64,000 nt of DNA from Acidimicrobiales bacterium (GTDB lineage: Bacteria > Actinomycetota > Acidimicrobiia > Acidimicrobiales > RAAP-2). The stretch covers positions 3,495 through 67,494 of the forward strand of contig JBPYFR010000175.1 of NCBI GenBank assembly GCA_051985685.1, read 5' to 3'. Positions 41,750 to 49,638 of this stretch are shown piece after piece (the stretch's first letter is position 1; each line of letters begins with the position of its first letter). The notes under the pieces are model-generated. The model made no database searches. It saw only the letters and a list, made by a program, of their open reading frames with translations, and was not told where the DNA came from. Both the position numbers and the translations under genes were made by a program.

Positions 41750-44191
41750 ATGGCGATGACGAATTCAGCCATTCGGACCGACCTGTCCGACGACGTCTCC
41801 AACGCGACGACCCATGACGATGAGCTCGGGCCGACGACGTCGACCGCAACGACGGCATGGTGGGTGCACCTCGTCGCCGTGCTCTGGACAGTCGTCCTAG
41901 CTGGACTGAGCCTGGCTCCGGCGCTCGCGCGCGGTTCGATGATCGGCACTTACGACCTGTTTGCGGGCGGTGGTCTCACGTTCCGTCCCGGCGTGGTGGT
42001 GCACGGAAGCTATCAAAATACGGATCTCATTTACCAGATCATGCAGTGGACCACGCTGAGTTGGAGCCAGGTCCACCATGGCTTTCTACCCCTCTGGAAC
42101 CCCTACAACGGGTTGGGGCTCCCGCTGGCGTTCAACTGGCAGTCAGGCAGCTTCGGCGTTCCCTCGCTGATCGGCTATCTCCTCCCTGTCCGATACGCCT
42201 TTACGGCGGGTGTCCTGGCCACGCTGATCATCGCCGGCACGGGGGCCTATGTCCTCGCTCGCACGCTCCGTCTGGGATTGCTCGGCTCGATCATGGTGGC
42301 GACTGTCTTCGAATTGGGCGGGCCCCTCATGGGTTGGCTCGGCTACCCGCACGCACAGGTTCTTGCGTGGAGTGGCTGGCTGTTCGCAGCCGGCATGCTC
42401 ATCCTGCGGGGCAACCGTCGGATGCCAGCGATCGCTCTCTTCGCAGTTGTCTTCGCATGCGCAATCTATGCCGGCCAACCGGAGGTTTTGATCCTTGTCA
42501 TAGGGGCCACGGCGATCTTCCTCATCGTGCTTCTTGCGTTGCGTGCCATGCCGACCCACATGGGGTTTGGGTCGGGACCCATTCGCCGTCCGGTCATCGA
42601 CCTCACCGTCGCGGCCCTGGCGGGTCTGGGCCTGGGTGCACCACTTCTCATCCCCGGGCTACAACTGACCAACGCGTCCGTTCGGGCAGCGTCGATGCAA
42701 AATTCGGCCCTGCCGGCGCATGATCTGACGCATCTCATCTTCTCAAGCTTCGATGGAGTATCGGTACCGGGCAGTTTCGCCTTCGGTTATTCCTACTTCT
42801 ACGGTGAGACGGCCGCGTACGTCGGCATCATCGCAGCCGTATTGGCCACGGTTGCCGTGGTGTTGGGCGTGCGACGACGGCGGCCCGAGGTGATTGCCAC
42901 GACTGCAGTCGTCGTCGTGATGGGTGTTCTCGTGTTCGTGGGACCCGTTGACAACGTTGTCTACAAGCTGCCTCTGATCGGGCAGGCGTCCTTGCTGCGA
43001 GGGTTGATGCCGCTCAGTTTGGGTCTCGCGGTCCTTGCCGGCGCCGGGTTGGACGCAGTCGCGCGGACGCGGCGATCACGCGCAGTTCCGCTCGTGCTGG
43101 TGTGCGCATTCGGGGCGGCGGCGCTGCTGCTTGCGGGCCTCTGGGTGTTCGGGCGGGGCGGGGGGTTCTTCGGGCTCCCATCCGGAGAACTTCTTGCATT
43201 CGCCCATCACGTTCGGGCCGAGAGCTTCGTGTGGCCGTTGGTCTGCGTGGCAGTCGGCTTGGCCGGTGGCGTGCTTCTCTTGTGGCGCTTCAGTCTCCGA
43301 TTCTTTGTGGCGGGGTCTCTCCTGCTCTGCGAGACGTTGTTTCTTCTTCCGGCAGGCTCCGATCAGATCGCATCGAGCGCGAACGGCTACCCTCCTACGG
43401 CGGCCGTATCGCAACTCCAACGTTCGGTCGGCAGCGCGACCGTGGGGACGGGCACGGGCTGCAACCTTGGGATTGCACCCGAGGGGAACATCGAGTTTGG
43501 AGTGCACGAGGTCAATCTGTACGACCCCATCGTGCCAAAGACGTACTTCACTGCCTGGGAGCACACCACCGGGACCTCTGCGGGATTGCCTTTCTTCAAC
43601 CTCTTTTGTCCCGCGATCACAACCGCCGCAGCCGCTCGCTTTCTTGGCGTCGGGTACGTGCTCGTGGCGCCGGCGACGCACGCCCCGTCGGGCGCCGTCT
43701 TCGTGAGGGAGCTGAGCGTCCCGCCTCCCCGTAAGGCCGCCAAAGCTGAAGGGGCAACGTCACAGAGTGAGGACCTGTACCGAATACCTGGGTCTGCGAG
43801 AGCCACGCTCATTCCGGTTCGACCCCACGGGCCACTGCCGCCACCAGACGCGCCCGGCGTGCCCGTGCCGATCAGCGACGCAAATCCAGCCAAATGGTCG
43901 CTCGTGACCCATGCTTCGACCCCGGTGGTTCTCCGGCTTCATCTCGCCGACGTACCTGGGTGGCACGCCACGATTGACGGACGACCGCTTCAGCTCCAGA
44001 GCCTGTCCGGTTTCATGTTCCAGGCCCGTGTTCCGTCGGGGCGTCATGTCATTCAACTTCACTACTGGCCTACTGCGTTCACCATTGGCCTCATCATTGC
44101 ATTGGTCACGTTCTTGGCCTTGGCTTTGGCTCTGGGTGCACACGTCTGGCGACGGCGAACTCGAAGAGGTGCGACTCACAGCACCACGTGA
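41750..44191 (+). CDS. YfhO-family membrane glycosyltransferase (GT-C), paralogue 4
   Basis: NTDLIYQIMQWTTLSWSQVHHGFLPLWNPYNGLGLPLAFNWQSGSFGVPSLIGYLLP and C-terminal LRLHLADVPGWHATIDGRPLQLQSLSGFMFQARVPSGRHVIQLHYWP. Confidence 0.8.
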   Translation: MAMTNSAIRTDLSDDVSNATTHDDELGPTTSTATTAWWVHLVAVLWTVVLAGLSLAPALARGSMIGTYDLFAGGGLTFRPGVVVHGSYQNTDLIYQIMQWTTLSWSQVHHGFLPLWNPYNGLGLPLAFNWQSGSFGVPSLIGYLLPVRYAFTAGVLATLIIAGTGAYVLARTLRLGLLGSIMVATVFELGGPLMGWLGYPHAQVLAWSGWLFAAGMLILRGNRRMPAIALFAVVFACAIYAGQPEVLILVIGATAIFLIVLLALRAMPTHMGFGSGPIRRPVIDLTVAALAGLGLGAPLLIPGLQLTNASVRAASMQNSALPAHDLTHLIFSSFDGVSVPGSFAFGYSYFYGETAAYVGIIAAVLATVAVVLGVRRRRPEVIATTAVVVVMGVLVFVGPVDNVVYKLPLIGQASLLRGLMPLSLGLAVLAGAGLDAVARTRRSRAVPLVLVCAFGAAALLLAGLWVFGRGGGFFGLPSGELLAFAHHVRAESFVWPLVCVAVGLAGGVLLLWRFSLRFFVAGSLLLCETLFLLPAGSDQIASSANGYPPTAAVSQLQRSVGSATVGTGTGCNLGIAPEGNIEFGVHEVNLYDPIVPKTYFTAWEHTTGTSAGLPFFNLFCPAITTAAAARFLGVGYVLVAPATHAPSGAVFVRELSVPPPRKAAKAEGATSQSEDLYRIPGSARATLIPVRPHGPLPPPDAPGVPVPISDANPAKWSLVTHASTPVVLRLHLADVPGWHATIDGRPLQLQSLSGFMFQARVPSGRHVIQLHYWPTAFTIGLIIALVTFLALALALGAHVWRRRTRRGATHSTT

Positions 44192-44300
44192 TCCTGTCGA
44201 ACGGTCGACGCGGGATTCTGTCGCGGAACCTCCTCTTGGGAAGCCGAGAGATCAGTCACGCGTCGAGCCCTCCGAGAGCTCCTCATCTGATCGATCGACG

Positions 44301-45251
44301 ATGTGTCGAAGACTCGGCGTCACGTGTCGGACCGAAGCCTCTCTCGAACCTGGGCGACGCGTAGCCTGGGACCCCGTGGGAGAGGTCCTTGCCGTGGCCG
44401 CAGCCGTGGCCTTCGCCTTCGGGACCGTGCTGCAGCAGCAGGGCACGATGACGACCGAGGCGGGCGAGGACGACCCTCGCTTCCTCCTTCAGATCTTGCA
44501 CCGTCCCGTCTGGATCGCGGGTGCCGCCTTCCAGGCGTCCGGATGGGTGCTCCAGGCCGCGGCACTGGACCGAGCCGCTCTTGTGGTCGTCCAGTCCATC
44601 ACCGCGCTCAGCCTCGTCTTCGCGCTGCCTCTGGGCATCCGAATCACGCATCAACACGTCGGCCGGCGTGAGTTCGCGGGAGCCGTCCTCATCCTCGCCG
44701 GCATCGTTGCCTTTCTTTCGGCGGGCCAACCGCAAGGTGGCAGCTCGCACGCCGAGGCGTCGACGTGGTGGACCGCTTGTCTGGTCGTGTTCGCCCTGGT
44801 CGCAATCCTTTTCGTGGTGGGAGCACGGTTCTCTGCCGCCGCAAAGGCTCTGACGCTCGGATCTGCTGCAGGTCTCGCGTACGGGTTGCAGGCAGCGGTG
44901 ACCAAGACCTTCGTCACCGAGATCGGCGGTGGCATCGTCGGCCTGCTGACCTCGTGGCCCATGTACCTGTTGATCCTTTCCGCAGTGACAGGCTTCATCC
45001 TCCAACAATCGGCGCTGAAGACGGGTGTGCTCGCCCCGGCCATGGCGTCGAGCAACTCGGTGACGCTCTTCGCATCGGTCATCCTCGGCATCACCGTCTA
45101 TGGCGAGACGCTCTCGAAGGGCGGCGGCGTGCACGGCGGGTCGAGCGCGCTGGGGCTCCTTCTCGCCCTTGCGGGTATTGCCCTGCTCGCCGGATCGGAG
45201 TCGCCCGAACCGACGACCTACGAGCTCTCCGACCCTCCGGCGGCCCCATGA
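44301..45251 (+). CDS. DMT-superfamily (EamA/NIPA-like) roughly 9-10 TM membrane transporter
   Basis: Part of ORF 43911..45251. AVAFAFGTVLQQQG...WIAGAAFQASGWVLQAAAL...VVVQSITALSLVFALPLG...AGIVAF. Start at ATG 44301 or GTG 44376. Confidence 0.65.
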   Translation: MCRRLGVTCRTEASLEPGRRVAWDPVGEVLAVAAAVAFAFGTVLQQQGTMTTEAGEDDPRFLLQILHRPVWIAGAAFQASGWVLQAAALDRAALVVVQSITALSLVFALPLGIRITHQHVGRREFAGAVLILAGIVAFLSAGQPQGGSSHAEASTWWTACLVVFALVAILFVVGARFSAAAKALTLGSAAGLAYGLQAAVTKTFVTEIGGGIVGLLTSWPMYLLILSAVTGFILQQSALKTGVLAPAMASSNSVTLFASVILGITVYGETLSKGGGVHGGSSALGLLLALAGIALLAGSESPEPTTYELSDPPAAP

Positions 45252-45279
45252 CATCTCTGGCGACGGCGACCCCCTGAGC

Positions 45280-45879
45280 GTGGTACCTCCTGGCGTGGCG
45301 GGTCCCGGTGGCCCCGCATGGCAGTACGTGGTGCTCTTCGTCGCCGTCGCGGCCTCATGGGCCGGGGTGCCGGCGGTGGGGGTGACCGCGCTGGGAGCCG
45401 CAGGTGCCGCGGCCAGCGTGGGCGACCTCAACCTGGCCGTCGTCATCGTCGTCTCCACCGTGGCGGGCGAAGTCGGTGGGCTGGTTGGCTACGCCATCGG
45501 TGACCGTTGGGGACGCCAGCTCCTCGAGCGTCCTGGGAAGCACCAGGAGGGGCGGGAGAAGATGGTCGAGCGGGGTGAAGCCGCCTACTCCCGGTGGGGC
45601 CGCGTCGCGGTGTTCTTCACCCCCGCGATCGTCTCGGGCACCGCCAAGATGCAACACGGCCAATTCGTGGTGTGGAACCTGCTGGCCTCCTTTGGATTCT
45701 CGGTGTCCGTCGCGGCGAGTGCGTACGGAATCGGACGGCTCGTGGCCGGAGACCACTCGGCACTGGACGTTGGCAGCCTCGTCGTCGGGCTCAGCATCGG
45801 GGCGGTGATCGTCCTCTTGCACGTTCGCCGCCGTCACCGCCGCCCCGTCCAGGCTCGAGGCTCAACGCCGGCCGGCTGA
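45280..45879 (+). CDS. DedA/SNARE-associated family membrane protein
   Basis: Part of ORF 45100..45879. VVSTVAGEVGGLVGYAIGDRWGRQLLERPG...WGRVAVFFTPAIVSGTAKM...FVVWNLLASFGFSVSVAASAYGIG. GTG 45280 follows the upstream stop. Confidence 0.8.
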   Translation: MVPPGVAGPGGPAWQYVVLFVAVAASWAGVPAVGVTALGAAGAAASVGDLNLAVVIVVSTVAGEVGGLVGYAIGDRWGRQLLERPGKHQEGREKMVERGEAAYSRWGRVAVFFTPAIVSGTAKMQHGQFVVWNLLASFGFSVSVAASAYGIGRLVAGDHSALDVGSLVVGLSIGAVIVLLHVRRRHRRPVQARGSTPAG

Positions 45880-45972
45880 ATCAGATCGCCTTCTCCCTGT
45901 TTGATATGAGCAAGAAAGCCGGACGGGAGAGCGGCGTGAGGCAAGATAGGGGGCCAGGTGTCTGACCCTCCA

Positions 45973-46044
45973 GCCCCCGTAGCTCAGGGGATAGAGCATC
46001 GGTTTCCTAAACCGTGAGCGAAGGTTCGAATCCTTCCGGGGGCG
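45973..46044 (+). tRNA. tRNA-Arg (anticodon CCT)
   Basis: Hand-folded cloverleaf. Acceptor GCCCCCG/CGGGGGC, D arm GCTC-AGGGGATA-GAGC, anticodon arm (T)CGGT-TTCCTAA-ACCG(T) with a T:T at 27:43, 4-nt variable loop, T arm GAAGG-TTCGAAT-CCTTC, discriminator G. No encoded CCA. Confidence 0.85.
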
Positions 46045-46101
46045 CTGTGTGGACTGCCGGGGGGCGCTTCTTCGGGCGGCGCGTGAGAGATACTGTCCCG
46101 C

Positions 46102-47733
46102 GTGCCACCGACCGAGTCGTTGGAGACCGCTCCCGATCCGGTCATCGATGCCCCGATCTTCTCGGAAGTAGGCGGGGAGAGAGCACGGTGGCAAGGCACT
46201 CACAGGTTCGAGATCGGCGTCTTGGCGGCAGTCGCGATCCTGGCCCGCGTCGTCCTTTGGTTGCTTCAGCCGGTCGCTTGGTGGTTCCCGGACACGGGCG
46301 ACTACATCGACACCTTCGGTTGGAAGCCTCATTCCAACAATCGTGGTCCCGCTCTCGCTTGGCTGTGGCACGTCGGCGGCCTGCTCAATTACACAGAACG
46401 CAACGTCGTGCTCTTGCAGGCAGTTCTGGGCGTGATCTCGGTGATCCTGCTTTACGACCTGCTCCGTCGCATCGTGAGCCGTCGCCGCGCGTTCGTCGCG
46501 GCGTTGGTCTGGTCCGTCTTTCCGCTCGCCCTTGTCTTCGAGCGCACCCTGATGCCCGAATCGCCGTGCGCGAGCCTTCTCATCGTCTCGCTCTGGCTAG
46601 CGACCATCGGGTTCTGCGCGCCCTGGGAGCGCTGGAAGGTGATCCCGCTGGTCGGAGCCACGTTCACTCTTTCTCTGGTCGCCCTCATCATTTCGTCGCT
46701 CGAGCTCGGGTGCGCTGCGGTCGCGGTTCTGTTCCTCGTCATCGCCTGGCGCCGTACAGCGGGACGACGCGGCTCGCTCCGGGGACTGGTGGCTCGGGGA
46801 TCGCTGCTCTTAGCGATGGTGGTCGCATTCGCCGTCCCCGCCGCGGCCGTGGCGGCAGAGAACCAACAGGCGTTTGGCACCCTGGCCCTGCATCCGGTGA
46901 GCGGGACGTACCTCTTTGCGCATTGGGCTCCCCTGGTCTCGTGCCGTCAGGAGAACGGCCTGACCCGCCTCGCTAGAGGTTCGGTACACCAGCTCTGCGG
47001 CGAGCCGTTCACCTCGCTTCCCGGTTACAACACCCAAGACATCTGGGACAGGGGGACTCCGATCAACCGGTCCCTGGGCGAGCGCCCCGACTTCGGTGCG
47101 ACGCAGAGCCAGCTGACTCATCTCGCCGAGCAAGCGATGCTGGCTCACCCCGGCGCCGTCATCTGGCAGGTCTCGAAGAGCTTCTTCTACCAACTCGTGA
47201 TGACCCCCTTCAACGACATCTGGCAGTACAGCAACGGCTACGGGTGGTGGAAGGCGGCCCGCCGGGACTCGCACGGCGCTTCCTTGGCCGCCTGGGAGCA
47301 TTGGTGGGGGAATGACGCCCCCAGGGCTCAGTCAAGGGTTCCGCTGTTTCAGTCCATCACCCAGCTGTCGTACCGCTGGCCTCAATACCTCCTGTGGGTG
47401 CTCTTCCTCTCCCTCCTGATCCGGGCCGCAACCTGGATGCTCGCTCGAGCTCGTCGTCTCTCCCCGGGCTCCACGAACGTCACTGCGGGTCCACGTCCCT
47501 CCCCCGCAGGAGGATCATGGCGGGCTCAGCCGCGCCTCACCGTGGTTGTCGCGTCGTCCATCATGATCGTCGGTTCGTCGCTGTCGATCGCCGTGGCCGC
47601 GTTCCCGGTTTTCCGGTACCCCCTGACGGTGGTGCCCGCGATGCTCGTTTTGCTCGCGGTCGCCGTGCCATCATTCAACCGGACCGCGACGGTCATACGT
47701 CGAGGACGCCGTGCAGCTCCACCCGGACGCTGA
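46102..47733 (+). CDS. Polytopic membrane protein, possibly an ArnT/PMT-like GT-C glycosyltransferase
   Basis: VVLWLLQPVAWWFPDTGDYIDTFGW...LLQAVLGVISVILLYDLLRRIVSRRRAFVAALVWSVFPLALVF, then more TM segments, a hydrophilic loop and two C-terminal TM segments. The family call is weak. Confidence 0.5.
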   Translation: MPPTESLETAPDPVIDAPIFSEVGGERARWQGTHRFEIGVLAAVAILARVVLWLLQPVAWWFPDTGDYIDTFGWKPHSNNRGPALAWLWHVGGLLNYTERNVVLLQAVLGVISVILLYDLLRRIVSRRRAFVAALVWSVFPLALVFERTLMPESPCASLLIVSLWLATIGFCAPWERWKVIPLVGATFTLSLVALIISSLELGCAAVAVLFLVIAWRRTAGRRGSLRGLVARGSLLLAMVVAFAVPAAAVAAENQQAFGTLALHPVSGTYLFAHWAPLVSCRQENGLTRLARGSVHQLCGEPFTSLPGYNTQDIWDRGTPINRSLGERPDFGATQSQLTHLAEQAMLAHPGAVIWQVSKSFFYQLVMTPFNDIWQYSNGYGWWKAARRDSHGASLAAWEHWWGNDAPRAQSRVPLFQSITQLSYRWPQYLLWVLFLSLLIRAATWMLARARRLSPGSTNVTAGPRPSPAGGSWRAQPRLTVVVASSIMIVGSSLSIAVAAFPVFRYPLTVVPAMLVLLAVAVPSFNRTATVIRRGRRAAPPGR

Positions 47734-48211
47734 TCTCGGGATAGACGCGGACCATCAACATGCTGGGCGGTTCGAGGCCGAACTCCCGGACGTCGAAAAC
47801 ATCTTCTCCTGTCAGCACCACCTCTTCCCCGAGCACCTCGATCTCCATCTCGTGCGAGAAGGTCCGTATCTGGCCATGGAAGGAAACATCACCCGTGACG
47901 AGGTAGCGCAGGCGGTCACCTCCTTCCTCGACCCGGGTGATCTCCCCGACGATGGTGGGGAACCGGCGGGCGTCGATCCGGCGCTTGAGCTCGCGGTCGT
48001 AGAGGACGTTGCCCGCCGTGAGACGCTCCGCCTCCAGTTCCACCCGTCCCGTCACCGGCTTGCCGAGATCCAGTGAGCCGTCCGAGCGCGCGGTCGCCTC
48101 GAACCAGCCGCTGATCCCGCGCGTCTCGGTGTTGATCGGGGCCAGACTCGAGCGCCCGCGCACCCATACGCATGACCGCACGGAGTCGAATGTGTACCGG
48201 GCTGCGCCCAT
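47693..48211 (-). CDS. YceI-like (polyisoprenoid-binding lipocalin-like) family protein
   Basis: Part of ORF 47693..48277, starting at ATG 48211. INTETRGISGWFE...GNVLYDRELKRRIDARRFPTIVGEITRVE...YLVTGDVSFHGQIRT...VLTGEDVFDVREFGL. Confidence 0.75.
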   Translation of the reverse strand: MGAARYTFDSVRSCVWVRGRSSLAPINTETRGISGWFEATARSDGSLDLGKPVTGRVELEAERLTAGNVLYDRELKRRIDARRFPTIVGEITRVEEGGDRLRYLVTGDVSFHGQIRTFSHEMEIEVLGEEVVLTGEDVFDVREFGLEPPSMLMVRVYPEISVRVELHGVLDV

Positions 48212-48296
48212 CGGAGCCTTTCTTGTCCGCGGGCCCCGATCGTCGGAGACTGGCCGAGCCCGCGCGCGGGTCCGCATCCTGACATAAATTGGCTGC

Positions 48297-48773
48297 GTGG
48301 CCAGACTGGATGTCCCTCCGGGCGAGGGTGGCGACGCGGTCCAGATCTGGTCGCTGCGTCCCGAGATGGGCGCCGCAGTGAATCGCCTCGTCGACGCCGC
48401 CTACCACAAGAGCATCCTTCCGATCCGCGTACGTGAAGCAGCCCGGATCCGCATCGCACAGCTCAATGAATGCCGCGTGTGCCTCACTTTCCGCGCTGAC
48501 TCAGTGGCGGCCGAGGGTCTCGGTGACGACTTCTACGGCGCGGTCGGATCGTCCGACGGCGAGCTCGCAGAGCAAGAGCGACTCGCGGTCGAGTACGCCG
48601 AGCGCTTCGCCATCGACCACACGAGCATCGACGATGCGTTCATGAAGCGACTCCGGCTCTCGTTCACGGACCCAGAAATTCTCGACCTTACGATCTGCCT
48701 GGCCGCGTTCCTCGGTTTGGGGCGTACCCTCCATGTCCTCGGCATCACCGAGACCTCGCTGACGGACGTCTAG
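48297..48773 (+). CDS. Carboxymuconolactone decarboxylase (CMD/AhpD-like) family protein
   Basis: LPIRVREAARIRIAQLNECRVCLTFR (CxxC), 158 aa. Confidence 0.75.
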   Translation: MARLDVPPGEGGDAVQIWSLRPEMGAAVNRLVDAAYHKSILPIRVREAARIRIAQLNECRVCLTFRADSVAAEGLGDDFYGAVGSSDGELAEQERLAVEYAERFAIDHTSIDDAFMKRLRLSFTDPEILDLTICLAAFLGLGRTLHVLGITETSLTDV

Positions 48774-48798
48774 CGCCGCGTCGGCTCCATAGCTCGGT

Positions 48799-49638
48799 TC
48801 ACTCCGTCCGCGGCGTCGGTCCGAAGGCGTCGTCGCGTTCGCGCACCGCCCGGCGCAAGCCGAGCTCTTCGATGCGCCGGGAGAATGCCAAGGCCTCCGG
48901 CGCCCGGTGGCCGATGGCGTCGTTGATGGCGGCGAACGTCTGCAGCTGGGACCGTCCCATGAGCTCGACCCCCATGTTCACGACCCGTTTGTTCGCCACG
49001 AGGAGATCGCGGCCGATGAGCGCGATCCTCTCAGCCAGGGCGAGGACAACGTCATCGATCGCGTCGGGTGCTGCCGTCGCGACGACAAGCCCGAGCTCCC
49101 GGGCCTCTTCACCCGAAATTGTGTCACCTGTGAAGAGCAGGCGCTTGGTCCATTGTGGACCGAGGTGGTACAGCCACATGTTGGTCGGCGGGACCCCCAT
49201 GGAGCGAACCGGCGGGAAACCGATCCGGGCGTCTTCGGCAGCGACGATCAGGTCGCAGTGCAGGGCGAGGTCCGTGCCGCCGGCCAGGCAGTTCCCGTGG
49301 ATCTGCGCGATCACAGGGATGGGACAGTCCCATATCCGGGCCCAGCCCCGCGCCAGGGCCAACATTGCTGAGGCGTCGCCCTCCATTGCCTCGCGGCCCT
49401 CGAAGTCGCCAGGTTCGATGTCTTCGGCGATGAACCCGTAGCCCGAGGAGAACGATCGTCCGCTGCCGCGGATGACGATCACCCGAGCGTCGGTATCCGC
49501 CTCCGCATCTTCGACGGCGCGCAGGACCTCGCGAATGCACCGTGGTGTGAGCGGGTTGTGCTGGGCGGGCCGGTTCAACGTCACGCGCCGCACGTGCCCG
49601 ATTCTCTCGACGGTCAGAGTGCTGAAGTCCGGCGTCAC
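48799..49638 (-). CDS. Enoyl-CoA hydratase/isomerase (crotonase) family protein
   Basis: VTLNRPAQHNPLT, VIVIRGSGRSFSSGYGF, IAQIHGNCLAGGTDLALHCDLIVAAEDARIGFP. The GTG start forms a GTGA overlap with the upstream ligase stop. Confidence 0.9.
   Translation of the reverse strand: MTPDFSTLTVERIGHVRRVTLNRPAQHNPLTPRCIREVLRAVEDAEADTDARVIVIRGSGRSFSSGYGFIAEDIEPGDFEGREAMEGDASAMLALARGWARIWDCPIPVIAQIHGNCLAGGTDLALHCDLIVAAEDARIGFPPVRSMGVPPTNMWLYHLGPQWTKRLLFTGDTISGEEARELGLVVATAAPDAIDDVVLALAERIALIGRDLLVANKRVVNMGVELMGRSQLQTFAAINDAIGHRAPEALAFSRRIEELGLRRAVRERDDAFGPTPRTE

Noticed and set aside
45880-48300. An integrated element or defence island downstream of the tRNA.
   Set aside because: There is no integrase, recombinase, nuclease, helicase or ATPase gene. 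The genes present are a membrane protein, a YceI-like protein and CMD-family proteins. I noticed no att-like repeat of the tRNA end by eye.
47693-48773. A functional link between the YceI-like (polyisoprenoid-binding family) protein with its CMD neighbour and the lipid-carrier-dependent glycan locus.
   Set aside because: It is attractive because of the polyprenyl theme. However, the genes lie beyond the tRNA border, on the opposite strand or in separate units, and nothing in the sequence ties them to the locus.
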